Shown: positions 47,148-58,300, counted from the stretch's first letter. The stretch is DNA of 64,000 bases from Chloroflexota bacterium (GCA_963663275.1 OY760183.1:160001-224000); one strand, 5' to 3'. A program made the numbers and translations. Notes: generated by a model not told the origin, from the letters alone.

Positions 47148-49661
47148 CTAGGCCGTTGCCTTCACCCGCTTTTGCAGGGGATGGAGCGCCAGCGCCAGCA
47201 CTTCGCTCACGTTCTCAACCGGATGAAACGCGATGTCCTCGCGCACGTGTTCCGGCACGTCCACCAGGTCTTTCGTGTTCTCCTTGGGCAGGATGATCGT
47301 GCGGATGCCGGCGCGGTGCGCGGCGAGCACTTTCTCCTTCAGGCCGCCGATTGGCAGCACGCGGCCGCGCAGGGTCATCTCGCCGGTCATCGCCACCTCG
47401 CGCCGCACCGCCCGCTCGGAGAGCGCCGAAATGAGGGCCGTGGTGAGCGTAATGCCGGCGCTGGGGCCTTCCTTCGGCACGGCGCCGGCCGGCACGTGGA
47501 TGTGCACGTCCAGCTTCTCCCAGTCCCACTCCCGCAAGCGCAGTTTCTCCGCATGCACCCGGGCGTAGCTGAGCGCGGCGCGACCGGATTCTTTCATCAC
47601 CGCGCCCAGTTTGCCGGTCAGGATCAGCTTGCCCTTGCCCGGCACCAGGGTCACCTCCACGGGGATGATGTCGCCGCCGAACTCGGTCCACACCAGGCCG
47701 GTGGCCGTGCCGACCTGGTCGCTCTCCTCGGCCATGCCGTAGAAGAACTGCGGCGCGCCCAGGTAGGCGTTGAGATTGCGCACGCTCACCGACACCGTCC
47801 CGTTGTCGCCTTCCGCGTGCTTGCGGGCCACCTTGCGGCAAATGGTCGCCACCTGCCGTTCCAGGTTGCGCACGCCGGCCTCGCGGGTGTACTGGCGCAC
47901 GATCTGCCGCAGCGCGCCCGCGGTGAAGCGCAGATTGCGCTGCTTCAAGCCGTGCTCGGCCCGCTGCTTCGGCACGATGTAGCGCGTGGCAATCGGCAGT
48001 TTGTCTTCCTCCGTATAGCCGGGCAACTCGATCACTTCCATGCGGTCGCGCAGGGCAACCGCCAATGTATCTACGGTGTTGCCCGTAGTTATGAAAATAA
48101 CGTTCGAGAGGTCGTAGGGGGCTTCCAGGTAGTGGTCTGAGAAAGCGTAGTTCTGCTCCGGGTCCAGCACCTCCAGCAGGGCCGCGGACGGATCGCCGCG
48201 AAAGTCGGCGCCCATCTTTTCGATCTCGTCCAGCATGAAGACCGGGTTCACCGTGCCCACCTGGCGCATAGCTTGCAGGATGCGCCCCGGCAGCGCGCCC
48301 ACGTAGGTGCGCCGGTGGCCGCGGATTTCCGCCTCGTCCCGGATGCCGCCCAGGGAGATGCGCACGAATTTCCTGCCCAGCGCCTGGGCGATGGAAAGTC
48401 CCAGCGAGGTCTTGCCCACGCCCGGCGGCCCCACGAAGCACAGGATCGGCGTGCGCACGTCGGGCGCCAGTTTGCGCACCGCGATGTATTCCAGGATGCG
48501 TTCCTTCACTTTCGGCAGGCCGTAGTGGTTGGCGTCCAGCACCTTCTTGGCGTGCTCGATGTCCAGGTCGTCCTGGCTCGGCTCGCCCCACGGCAGCGCC
48601 AGCAGCCAATCGAGATAAGTCTGGATCACGCTCACCTCCGGGCTGGCGGTGGGCATCGCCTCCAGGCGATCGAGTTCCTTGTAGGCTTTCTCCTTTACGC
48701 CTTCGGGCAACTCCGTCTCATCCACCCGTTCGCGCAGGGCGGCGATGTCGCTGCTCACCTGGTCGGTCTCGCCCAGTTCCTTGTGAATGAGCTTGAGTTG
48801 CTCGCGCAGGAAGCGTTCGTGCTCCTCGGCGTCGGAGGTAGTGGGCGCGGCGTCCTCGTCCAGCTTGCGCTGCAACGCCAGAATGTCCAACTCGCGCCGC
48901 AGCCGCCGGATGACGTTCTCCACCCGCTTGGCTACGTCCAGTTCCTCCAGCAACTCTTGCTGCACCGGCGTGGTCAGGTCGATCGTCGAGGCGATCAAGT
49001 CCGCCAGCGCGCCGGCCTCGTGGGTGTTGATTGCCTGCACGTAGGCCTCGTCCGGCAGGTCCTTGCTCAGTTCCACGGCCTCCTTGAAGAGGGCCAGCAT
49101 GGCGTCCATCTGCGCCTTGAGCGCCCGGCCGGACGCGGCCGCCGGTTCGACGTCGATGGCCTGCACGCGAATGTGGGGGTCGAGCTGGAGGAAGTGGGTG
49201 ATGGTCAGGCGGCGCTGCCCCTCCACCAGGATGCTCACGCTGCCGTCCGGCATCTTGAGCGTGCGCCGGATGGTGACTTCCACGCCGACGAAGTAGAAAT
49301 CCTCCGGGTTGACGTCGTCGATCGTGGGGTCGCGCTGCGTGACTACGAACAACCGCCGGTCGCCGTCCAGCGCGTTGCTCACGGCGTCCAGGGAGCGGTC
49401 GCGCGCCACGATGAGCGGCGCCGTCATCCCCGGAAAGACCACCTGGTCCCGGATTGCCAGCACCGGCAACTCCACCGGATGGAGCATGGCGTCCATCACG
49501 TCCACCGCGTCCTGGCGGCGGGTAGAGCGCCTCTTCCGCTTCGCGCCGTCACCGTTGGCCGTGTCCGGCTCCGCCGTCGTCGATTCAGTGCGTCCTTCCG
49601 ACGCCGTTCGTTCTTCCGACGCCGTGCGTCTCGTGGACGCCTTCCGTTTGCTTTCCGCCAC
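47148..49661 (-). CDS. lon: ATP-dependent protease La
   Basis: GPPGVGKTS, HRRTYVGALPG, PKEGPSAG (catalytic Ser) and IGGLKEK (catalytic Lys). Confidence 0.97.
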   Translation of the reverse strand: MAESKRKASTRRTASEERTASEGRTESTTAEPDTANGDGAKRKRRSTRRQDAVDVMDAMLHPVELPVLAIRDQVVFPGMTAPLIVARDRSLDAVSNALDGDRRLFVVTQRDPTIDDVNPEDFYFVGVEVTIRRTLKMPDGSVSILVEGQRRLTITHFLQLDPHIRVQAIDVEPAAASGRALKAQMDAMLALFKEAVELSKDLPDEAYVQAINTHEAGALADLIASTIDLTTPVQQELLEELDVAKRVENVIRRLRRELDILALQRKLDEDAAPTTSDAEEHERFLREQLKLIHKELGETDQVSSDIAALRERVDETELPEGVKEKAYKELDRLEAMPTASPEVSVIQTYLDWLLALPWGEPSQDDLDIEHAKKVLDANHYGLPKVKERILEYIAVRKLAPDVRTPILCFVGPPGVGKTSLGLSIAQALGRKFVRISLGGIRDEAEIRGHRRTYVGALPGRILQAMRQVGTVNPVFMLDEIEKMGADFRGDPSAALLEVLDPEQNYAFSDHYLEAPYDLSNVIFITTGNTVDTLAVALRDRMEVIELPGYTEEDKLPIATRYIVPKQRAEHGLKQRNLRFTAGALRQIVRQYTREAGVRNLERQVATICRKVARKHAEGDNGTVSVSVRNLNAYLGAPQFFYGMAEESDQVGTATGLVWTEFGGDIIPVEVTLVPGKGKLILTGKLGAVMKESGRAALSYARVHAEKLRLREWDWEKLDVHIHVPAGAVPKEGPSAGITLTTALISALSERAVRREVAMTGEMTLRGRVLPIGGLKEKVLAAHRAGIRTIILPKENTKDLVDVPEHVREDIAFHPVENVSEVLALALHPLQKRVKATA

Positions 49662-49702
49662 AGTTATGCTCTCTTTTACTCGCGCTTCTCGTGTTGTCTT
49701 CT

Positions 49703-50374
49703 CTACGCCTCAAGCGAAACTCCGCACCGCTCCAGCAGCGCCGCCGGGTTTACTTGCCGTATCGTATCGATCTGCGCCCGGTCCAGGCCCGCGCCCAGGA
49801 TGACCTTCTCCACCAGCGCCTCCGTCAGCAGGTCGCCCGGCGCGTGGGCGTCGCTATTGACGACCATGGCCGCGCCCACCTCCTGGCAGACCCGCGCCAC
49901 GCGCCCGTTGGCCGCGCTGTGCCCCCGGCGGGCGCTGAGTTCGAAGACCAGGCCGCGTTCCCGCCCGGCGCGCGCGTCCGCCGCCGTGAGCAGGCCGGGA
50001 TGCGCCAGCAGGTCTACCGCGCCGCACGCCGCGGCCGCGGCGTTCGTGCCGGGCGGCACCGGTTCCGTAATCGTCTCGCCGTGCACCGCCACCACCTGCG
50101 CGCCGGCCGCCTTGCAGCGTTCCGCCAGCGTACCCAGCGCCCCGGGCGCGACGTGGGTAATCTCAACGCCGACCAGCGCCGTAATTGCCATCTCGCGCTC
50201 CACCACCTCGCACTCCCGCAGCAACGCCTCGCACACGTACGCGTAATTGGCAAAACCGACGTGGTCGGTGATGGCAATCGCCCGGTAGCCGGCGGCCACG
50301 GCGCGCTGCACGAGTTCCGCCGGTGAGAGTTCGCCGTCGCTGAGAAAGGTATGGGAATGAAAATCGAGAATCAT
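49703..50374 (-). CDS. PHP domain protein (histidinol-phosphatase-like)
   Basis: DFHSHT, AITDH, GVEITH, VHGET, AHPG and NSDAH motifs. Confidence 0.85.
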   Translation of the reverse strand: MILDFHSHTFLSDGELSPAELVQRAVAAGYRAIAITDHVGFANYAYVCEALLRECEVVEREMAITALVGVEITHVAPGALGTLAERCKAAGAQVVAVHGETITEPVPPGTNAAAAACGAVDLLAHPGLLTAADARAGRERGLVFELSARRGHSAANGRVARVCQEVGAAMVVNSDAHAPGDLLTEALVEKVILGAGLDRAQIDTIRQVNPAALLERCGVSLEA

Positions 50375-50470
50375 GCGTCTCGGGCTCTTAGCTTGGCGGC
50401 GCGCGGTTGCGGTATCCACATAGTCCAGTGTACCCAACGGGTAGCATGTGCTTCAAACCGCCGCCGCGCC

Positions 50471-52252
50471 TCACCGCACGAGCCCGCCTAACGCTTTGGC
50501 AATCTCGCCGCTGTTCACCACGGTCACGTCGCCGGCGCTGGCAAAATTCGTATCCACCTGCCACCACTGGAACGCCGCCCGCTGCGCGCGCAGGACTACC
50601 ACGTCGCCATAGTCGTGGACGCTCACGGGCAGGCCGTAACGCTCCAGCCAGCGCGGCGTATCCAGCACGAACGCGGCAATCGGCGGCGCGCGCTCCAGCA
50701 TGGCCACGCGGCGCGCCACGATTTCATCCCACGTCATGCCGTCCTCGGCGGCGGTGTCCGCGGGCGGCGGGATCAGGTGTTCGTTGGCCAGCGCCTCATC
50801 GAAGCCCCGCTCGCTGAGAATATCGAAGATTGCCAGGTACGTGAACGAGCGCGTGGACGGCTGCCATTGCAGCGCGCCCTTTTGGAAGAGTTGCGTGGCC
50901 TTGCCCTCATAGGTGATGGCGCGGGTGAGGGGATAGCCCAGCCCGTTCACGCCCCCCAGCCGCCGGAACGTGGTGAGGAACGGCGCCGCGCCGTACGCCT
51001 CCGACACGTCCACCACGTCGTAGCAGGGCAGCATGAGCGCGCTGCCGGCCAGCGTGGGGCTGAAAGAGTTCGCGGTCTGGCCGTAGCAGGCGATGTCCTC
51101 GGCCTCGTACTCGGTCAGCAGGCGCGGCGGGCCTTGGGTGAACCGCAGCCGGAGCGTGCGCGGCAGAAAGGCGGATTGGGTGGTGAACGACCACGCGCGG
51201 GCAAACGTGCCGATGCCGCCGCCCGCGGTTCCCACCACGCTGACCGTATGGGTCTGGCCCGCGCCCAGCGGCAGCACGGTAATGAAGTACGCCCAGCCGC
51301 CGTCGTCCACCCGGCGGTACGGCAAAAGTGTGCCGGACTGGTCGACGATACGTACTTCGTCAAGTGCCGGCGGCGCGTCCGCCCACGGCGAAAGGCCGAT
51401 GCTGATCGGACTGCCCACGAAGCCGGCCGCCTCCGGCAGCGGATTGGGACGCTCGCTCCTGGGCAGAAAGCTGTGGGGCACGTCCGTCTGGCCCGCGCCG
51501 GGATAGACGTGGAGGCGCTCCACCCGCGGCGCGTCGTCCCGGCAGCCGCCAAAGGCGAAGACGCTGCCGCCCGCGCTCTGGGCGAACCCCACCAGCGTGA
51601 GCGCCGGATGCAGCATGACCGTGCGATGGTAGACGCTGTTCACCAGGGCGTCCACGGCGGCGGCCGGGTCGCCCGCCATGCTGGTGGCCGATTCGCCGCT
51701 GCACCGGCCATCGAAACCGGCGGCCCGGATGCGGTCCGCCGGCGCCGCGCCGGTGAAGCCGGGCCGCGTCGGCTCCTGCCCGTGCCCGCTGAAGCCATGC
51801 AGCGCGTAGTACGCCGCGTGCCCCTCCGCCGCGCGCCGCAATGCGGCGTCCGCCCGCACCGGCGCTACCTGCGCGTGGGCGCGCAATTCATTCAGCCGCG
51901 CCACGGCCCGCTCCTGCGCCGTGCCGCCCGCCGCGTGCAGCGACACCTGCGGCGCAAGCACAACACCCGCCACCACCACCGCCAGCGCAATCACCCACCG
52001 CACACCGAAGCCACCCAACCCAATCCCCCCAGCGGAACGCCCCATTACCCTGGAAGGAACCTGCCCCCTCTCCCTGTGAAGAGAACGCCCCATCACCCTG
52101 GGGAGAATCCGCCCCATCACCCTGGAGAAATTCTGCCCCCTCTCCCTGGGGAGAGGGCCGGGGTGAGGGGAATCCTGCGCTCCCAAGCCGAGCCCCGTGT
52201 GCTCATCAGCAGAGTGCACAAGTCTCCTCAACGCGGTTGCCATTCCACGCAA
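50471..52252 (-). CDS. Secreted CAP/SCP domain protein
   Basis: LNELR..AAEGHAAY..SVYHRTVML CAP motifs; C-terminal GLGYPLT and YGLPVS repeats; signal-like segment begins near GTG 52003, so the true start is uncertain. Confidence 0.7.
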   Translation of the reverse strand: MRGMATALRRLVHSADEHTGLGLGAQDSPHPGPLPRERGQNFSRVMGRILPRVMGRSLHRERGQVPSRVMGRSAGGIGLGGFGVRWVIALAVVVAGVVLAPQVSLHAAGGTAQERAVARLNELRAHAQVAPVRADAALRRAAEGHAAYYALHGFSGHGQEPTRPGFTGAAPADRIRAAGFDGRCSGESATSMAGDPAAAVDALVNSVYHRTVMLHPALTLVGFAQSAGGSVFAFGGCRDDAPRVERLHVYPGAGQTDVPHSFLPRSERPNPLPEAAGFVGSPISIGLSPWADAPPALDEVRIVDQSGTLLPYRRVDDGGWAYFITVLPLGAGQTHTVSVVGTAGGGIGTFARAWSFTTQSAFLPRTLRLRFTQGPPRLLTEYEAEDIACYGQTANSFSPTLAGSALMLPCYDVVDVSEAYGAAPFLTTFRRLGGVNGLGYPLTRAITYEGKATQLFQKGALQWQPSTRSFTYLAIFDILSERGFDEALANEHLIPPPADTAAEDGMTWDEIVARRVAMLERAPPIAAFVLDTPRWLERYGLPVSVHDYGDVVVLRAQRAAFQWWQVDTNFASAGDVTVVNSGEIAKALGGLVR

Positions 52253-52422
52253 TGACGCTCGTCTCCATTAGTCATCTGGAAAGCGTATCTCTCTCTATAT
52301 TACGCCTGATCCGCCTCCGGTTGCTCAGGCGCGCGCCAGACATCCCCTGGCAGCGATGCTCCCCTCACCCTAACCCTCTCCCCCAGGAGAGGGAACCTAA
52401 CCGTAGCGCGGGGGCTTGTCCC

Positions 52423-52584
52423 CAATGCTGTCGCATTAACGTAGCGCGGGGGCTTGTCCCCCGCCGGAACAAGAAAAGCGAGAACGGAATGGACTGACCC
52501 TACGGAAGACGCAGGTTACAAACCTGCGCTACCGGAGAAACGAGCGTAGTTTTCATTCTCATCGCGTTTAATGCGACAGCATTG
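52423..52584. mobile_element. MITE-C (17-bp TIR CAATGCTGTCGCATTAA; 11-bp TSD GGGCTTGTCCC)
   Basis: Perfect TIRs; TSD at 52412-52422 and 52585-52595; followed by a degenerate second copy to ~52733. Confidence 0.9.
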
Positions 52585-52755
52585 GGGCTTGTCCCCCGCC
52601 GGAACGAGAAAAGTGAGAACGGAATGGACTGACCCTACGGAAGACGCAGGTTACGCGCACCTCCCGTGCGAACCTGCGCTACCGGAGAAACGAGCGTAGT
52701 TTTCATTCTCATTGCGTTTATTGCGACAACACTAGGGCTTGCCCCGCGCGCCGGT

Positions 52756-54675
52756 TCAACTCTTACGGTCCGTAAGCCAGATCGGGCTTGCCCAGGCAAT
52801 CTGCCGATTGCCCTGCGACACACGAAGATAGTAGAAGACGAAGGAACGATCATGGGCAAACGTGGGTGCAAGGGCCAGCGCAGCCAGAGATTCGGCGTCC
52901 GTCCATTCACCCTCCCAGACGTCGTTGCCCGGATTTGCTGAAAACACCACTTCGTTATTCCGGAGCAACTCAACCGAGTCAATGCGATAGGTACCCGCCG
53001 CGCGCATGGCGAATCGTCTGGGTCCGTACTGAGCAAGGTCTACGTCCAGGTCGGTACCCATCGGCGCGTCGTTCATGGTGAAATCCAGCAGAATGCGATC
53101 GCCGGTAGTTGCGTAGCAGCGGCGCTCGTTGAGCGCCTGCCAAATGGCATCCCGTGTCAACTCGCGCGCCACGACGCAGGCGAGGCCGTTGCCGTCGTCC
53201 ACGAAGAAACTGCCCTGGTTTGCCAGGCCGTGATGGGAGTCCGTGCCGCCGATGAAACCAAGCCGGTGCCCCATGGCCAGCGCCCGCTGCACGCTGTACG
53301 GCCCGCCGGTCTCCGAGATGCCCCAGCTTGAGCAAATCTCCACCAAGCGCTGGTGCTCGTCGTTGCGGTAGTCCCAGTTGGTGACATTGCCGAATTTTGT
53401 GTGATGCGGGATGGTCAGAGCCTCGCGCCCTGCCAGGATCTTCCAAAGCTCATCCGGCGTCATGCCGCCGGGCCCGAATGAACGGATGAATTCGGCGCTG
53501 TCGCCGCGGTGGTAGATGTTCTTGTGGCCGTTGGGATTGCCCGTGCCCCACTCGTGGCTGACCAGCGTGACGAACCGGTGGGGATCATTGAAAGCGTTGG
53601 ACGTATCCACCACCTCCTGCCAGACGTCATCGACGATCTCGAAGCGCATCTTATAGTGATTGGCCGGCGCGCAGAAGTCCAGGCCCGCCACGTCGCGCCC
53701 CCACTGAAAGAACTCTTCGGTCGTGCCAGTTCCCTGGCTGTGCCACATCTGGCTGTGCATCTCGCCAAAGTAGACGCACCGGTCCGGCAGGAACCCCGCG
53801 CCGATAGGATTGCTCTTGCCGGCGATGCCGGTGGCAGGGTCTACCACCGTGACCCGGTGGATGCCTTCGCTGGTGGCCTTTGCTTGCATGGAGGCGCCGG
53901 TGGCGTTTGCCTTCTGGTCAAGGGCAACGCCTCCCGGTATGTCGAGCCCTTCAGTGACGATGGTATTGGCATAGCCCGCATAGCCGGTCGCCGCATTGTA
54001 GCTATAGCCGTCCACCGGCAGCACGCGAATGGAGCACTCCTCACCCGGCTGGACGACGGCAGGCGCGAACACCTTGAAGCGCTCGGCATGGGCGCCCACC
54101 ACGCGCACGGTTGGGTGCGTGGCGGCGCGCCGGTACGCGCCGTCGCCCGCGCGGTCCACGCCAACCGTAAAGATCGCCACCTGGGCATAGCGCTGGGCCT
54201 GCACCAGATTGCCGTCGGGCGGTCCCAGGACGATGCGGATTGCGTCTCCAGGCTCCAGCTCGCCCTCCTGCACGACCACGTCTACCAGGTCCATGTGCCG
54301 CCCCCATGAGGCCGCGTGGGCCAGCTTCACGTCGAGGCGCGAACACGCTACATCAGTGAATGCCCCATATCCCACCTTGCGAATTTGACCCTTGTCGCGG
54401 CTGCCGACGGTCTTCAGCCCGCGCGGATAGGGATTCCCCAGGTGGCACTCCCACGTGCTCGGCACTTCCATGGTGACGTGGGCTCCCTTTGGGAGCGTGA
54501 TGTCCGGCCCCAGCGTGAGCGTCGCAGTAAACGTGTGCCCACTGGCGGCTTGGACTTGATCCGGCGACATTTCACCGTGGATATCCGCCGGCCGCTCGAA
54601 CTGCCACGAGCGGTTGATGGGAAACCAATCGGAGGTATTGTCAAAGAGGCGCGGCTGCGAGAGTTCCTCTGACAT
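52756..54675 (-). CDS. DUF3604 / PHP-like metallohydrolase
   Basis: YFGEMHSQ, HEW, GHKN, IPHH, GFIGGTDSHHG, RRCYATTG and AWASPIW motifs. Confidence 0.78.
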   Translation of the reverse strand: MSEELSQPRLFDNTSDWFPINRSWQFERPADIHGEMSPDQVQAASGHTFTATLTLGPDITLPKGAHVTMEVPSTWECHLGNPYPRGLKTVGSRDKGQIRKVGYGAFTDVACSRLDVKLAHAASWGRHMDLVDVVVQEGELEPGDAIRIVLGPPDGNLVQAQRYAQVAIFTVGVDRAGDGAYRRAATHPTVRVVGAHAERFKVFAPAVVQPGEECSIRVLPVDGYSYNAATGYAGYANTIVTEGLDIPGGVALDQKANATGASMQAKATSEGIHRVTVVDPATGIAGKSNPIGAGFLPDRCVYFGEMHSQMWHSQGTGTTEEFFQWGRDVAGLDFCAPANHYKMRFEIVDDVWQEVVDTSNAFNDPHRFVTLVSHEWGTGNPNGHKNIYHRGDSAEFIRSFGPGGMTPDELWKILAGREALTIPHHTKFGNVTNWDYRNDEHQRLVEICSSWGISETGGPYSVQRALAMGHRLGFIGGTDSHHGLANQGSFFVDDGNGLACVVARELTRDAIWQALNERRCYATTGDRILLDFTMNDAPMGTDLDVDLAQYGPRRFAMRAAGTYRIDSVELLRNNEVVFSANPGNDVWEGEWTDAESLAALALAPTFAHDRSFVFYYLRVSQGNRQIAWASPIWLTDRKS

Positions 54676-54766
54676 GAATGACCTTTCCTTCGTTCTTTGA
54701 ATATGGCGTGGGTCAGCGCAGAATGCCGGCGATCGCCCTCACCCAAACCCTCTCCCCCAGGATTGG

Positions 54767-54957
54767 GAATCTATCGTAGCGCGGGGGCTTGTCCCCCGCC
54801 TTCGGCGCGAAACACGGCGGGCGGGCGTGTTCACTCCCTCGACCCTGCGCCTTGCGTGGCAGGAAATCTATCGTAGCGCGGGGGCTTGTCCCCCGCCTCT
54901 GGCGCGAAACACGGCGGGCGGGCGTGTTCACTCCCTCGACCCTGCGCCTTGCGTGGG
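54767..54957 (+). repeat. ~97-bp tandem duplication containing a GTAGCGCGGGGGCTTGTCCCCCGC REP
   Basis: AATCTATCGTAGCGCGGGGG..CCCTGCGCCTTGCGTGG occurs twice. Confidence 0.9.
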
Positions 54958-55105
54958 ATAGAGTAGTATATATTCCCGGACGCCACAAGTGGTTGTCTTT
55001 TGACGAGGCCTTTGCATAACTCGAATCTGTAGGCAATAGACCCTTTCTCCCTGGGGAGACCTTTGCATAACCCTCTGTTAGGCGAGCAAGTCCCCTCTCC
55101 CTGAG

Positions 55106-55245
55106 GAGACCTTTGCATAACTCCGTCATTCCGGTGAAAACCGGAATCCAGAGCGGTGTTACACCTACAGATTGCATGATGTCAAGCCATTTCACCCCCC
55201 ATCCCAACCTTCCCCCCAATGGGGAAGGGGTTACGCAAAGGTCTC
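55106..55245. mobile_element. MITE-B (140 bp; 5-bp TSD CTGAG), preceded by two orphan left ends at ~55005 and ~55056
   Basis: GAGACCTTTGCATAAC..GTTACGCAAAGGTCTC; CTGAG at 55101-55105 and 55246-55250. Confidence 0.88.
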
Positions 55246-55348
55246 CTGAGGGAGAGGGTTAGGGTGAGGGGAAAGCGGTGCTGTTCCAGCCCAGTGCCAA
55301 CTGTTTGACAGAGTTAAGCATAGTTCTCCCTGACGAGGCCGATAAACA

Positions 55349-58300
55349 ATGGATGAAACTGAAGACACCGCCCAACTCAGCGACCTGGCCGCCGGCATCC
55401 TGCGGCGGCACGACAACCGCGAGCCCGAGGCCAACATCACCAGCGCCGTGCGCCGATTCCTCACCGACACCGGCCTGGTAAGCGAGGCAGACATCCAGGA
55501 GGAGAATCCGCCCACACAAGGTTCGCGCCAGGCCGTAGACCTGCGCGCGCTGGACACCTTCATCGAGTTCAAGCGCCGCGTCGGCCCCGGCGGCATCACG
55601 CCCAACCCCGATTACGTGCGCCAACTCGACGACTACCTGTCGCAGTCCGCGGCCGCGGGCAAGAGCGTGCGCCTGGGCATCCTGACCGACGGTAAGCACT
55701 GGCTGCTGCGCTGGCCCGGCGCCGGGGCGGTGCGCACCGCGCGCCCGTACGCCTTCATCCTCGAATCTCCTGAAAGCGGCGCCGCTCTTTACACCTGGCT
55801 GCGGGACGAGGCCTTGGCCGCCACCCAGCAGACCCAACCCGACCGGCAGAGCATCACGGCGCGTTTCGGGCCGGACAGCCTGCTGTACCAGCGCGACATC
55901 GACACCCTGCGGCAGCTTTACCAGTCTACCGCCGCCAGCGAGACCATCGCCGTCAAGCGCCGCCTCTGGCACAACCTGCTCATGGCGGCCCTGGGCGAGA
56001 TTGCCCGCGGCCGGCAGCAGATGGACGACCTCTTCGTCCGCCACACCTATCTCAGCATGACCATCGGCATGGTGGTGCAGGCCTCGTTTGGCATTGACAT
56101 TGCCGAAGTCGCGGCCAGCGATCCCGCCGCGCTGCTGCACGGCCGCCGCTTCCACAACGCCACCGGCCTGCACGGCATCGTGGAGTCGGACTTCTTTGCC
56201 TGGCCGGCCGAGGTGGAGGGCGGGCTGGCGCTGGTCAAGACCCTGGCGCGGCGCGTGGCGCGGTTCGATTGGACCCAGGCCCCGGCCGACGTGGGCGCGA
56301 TTCTCTACGAAACCGTCATTCCGCCCGACGAGCGCCGCCAACTGGGCGAATACTACACGCCGGACTGGCTGGCGCGGGTGATGGTGCGCGAGTTGGTCGC
56401 CGAACCGCTTGACCAACGGGTGCTGGATCCGGCCTGCGGTTCCGGCACCTTCATCGTGGAAGCCGTGGCGCATTTTTTGGAAGCGGCACGCGCGGCAAAC
56501 CTCGCGCCTGACATAGTTATGGAAAAACTACGGCTGGCGGTGACCGGCATCGACGTGCATCCGGTGGCGGTGCACCTGGCCCGCGCCGCGTGGACGCTGG
56601 CGGCGCGCCCGGCCATCATGGCCGCCGCCCGCGCCGGCTACAGCAATCCCATCTCCGTGCCGGTCTACCTGGGCGACGCGCTGCAACTGCGCTTCCACAC
56701 CGGCGACATGATTGCTGCCAATGAGGTGCGCATCGAGGTTGAAGACGAACAGAACACGACCCTGATCTTCCCGACCTCTCTGGTGGCCCGCGCCGACACC
56801 TTCGACCCGCTGCTGAGCGACGTGGCCGACGCCACCGAACGCGGCGCCGACCCCCGCGTGGCCCTGGACGACCACGCCGTCACCGACCCCTACGAGCGCG
56901 AAACCCTGCGACACACCATCGCCGCAATGCAACGCCTCCACGCCGCCGGCCGCGACCACATCTGGGCCTACTACACCCGCAACCTCGTCCGCCCCGTCGT
57001 CCTCAGCCGCGAAAAAGTGCACGTAATCATCGGCAACCCACCGTGGCTGAACTACAACCAAACTGTGAGCACCCTGCGCACCGCATTGGAAGACCTGAGC
57101 AAGGACCGCTACGGCATCTGGACCGGCGGCCGCTACGCCACCCACCAGGACGTGGCCGGCCTCTTCTTCACCCGCTGCGTTGACCTCTACCTACGAGACG
57201 GCGGCGTGATCGGCATGGTGTTGCCCCACAGCGCGCTGCAAACGGGACAGTACACCAAGTGGCGCACCGGCCTCTGGCGCTCCAAACCACAGGGCCGGGG
57301 CCGCAACCGCACGCCTACGCTCACCTTGTCGGTGGAGTTCGACTACAAGCGGGCCTGGGACTTGGAACGGCTGGAACCCAATACCTTCTTCCCGATACCT
57401 GCCTGTGTTGTCTTTGCGCAGAGCACCGGCGATAGCGGAGTGGCGAACGCCCTAAAGGGAACCGTCGAGCGGTGGCGCGGCAAGACCGGGGCAGACGACA
57501 ACCACAGGGAGCCTATGCCCATCACCGACACATCAGATATTGGCGATTCTCATTACGCCAAGCACGCAAAACAAGGAGCGGTGATTGTACCTCGCTGCCT
57601 GTTCTTCGTGCACGAGGGCGAAAACCCGGCCATCATCCAGGCCGGCCAAACGGTCATTGTTAACCCACGACGAGGAACTTATGACAAGGAGCCGTGGCGC
57701 GGCCTTGACCTTTCACTAATCGCTGGTCAGGCCATTGAGCGTCAGCATGTCTTTGACGTGCACTTGGGAGAGACTGTTGTACCCTACGCTACGCTTGACG
57801 CTCTCAAGGCGGCGCTACCGCTAAAACGGGATGACACCACTCCGCCTGCCGACCCGAACGGAGTGGGCGGTATCCGCCTCGGTGGACTGGATAGACGGAT
57901 GCGCGAACGCTGGCAGACCGCTAGTTCTTTGTGGGAAGAGAACAAAGCGGCAGCCAACGAACTGGACTTGCTGGGTCAGTTAGACTATTACGGCAAACTG
58001 TCTGCACAACTCGAATGGCGGCAGAATCTCTCTACCAGACCCGTTCGCGTAGTCTATAATTCCTCGGGCACGCCGACAGCGGCATTGCTCTGCGACGATG
58101 ACGCTTTGGTTGATTACACGCTGTTTTGGATTGCCTGTAACAATGTCCAAGAAGCCTACTACCTGCTAGCAATCATCAACAGCGATGCCCTGTACGAGGC
58201 CGTAACCCCGTTGATGGCTAAAGGCCAGTTCGGCGCACGCCATCTACAGAAGCACCTCTGGAAACTCCCCATCCTCGCATTCGACCCATCCGTCCCCCTC

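Noticed and set aside
49575-49635. 18-bp repeats in the Lon N-terminus (TASEER/TASEGR)
   Set aside because: Low-complexity disordered extension, probably neutral slippage
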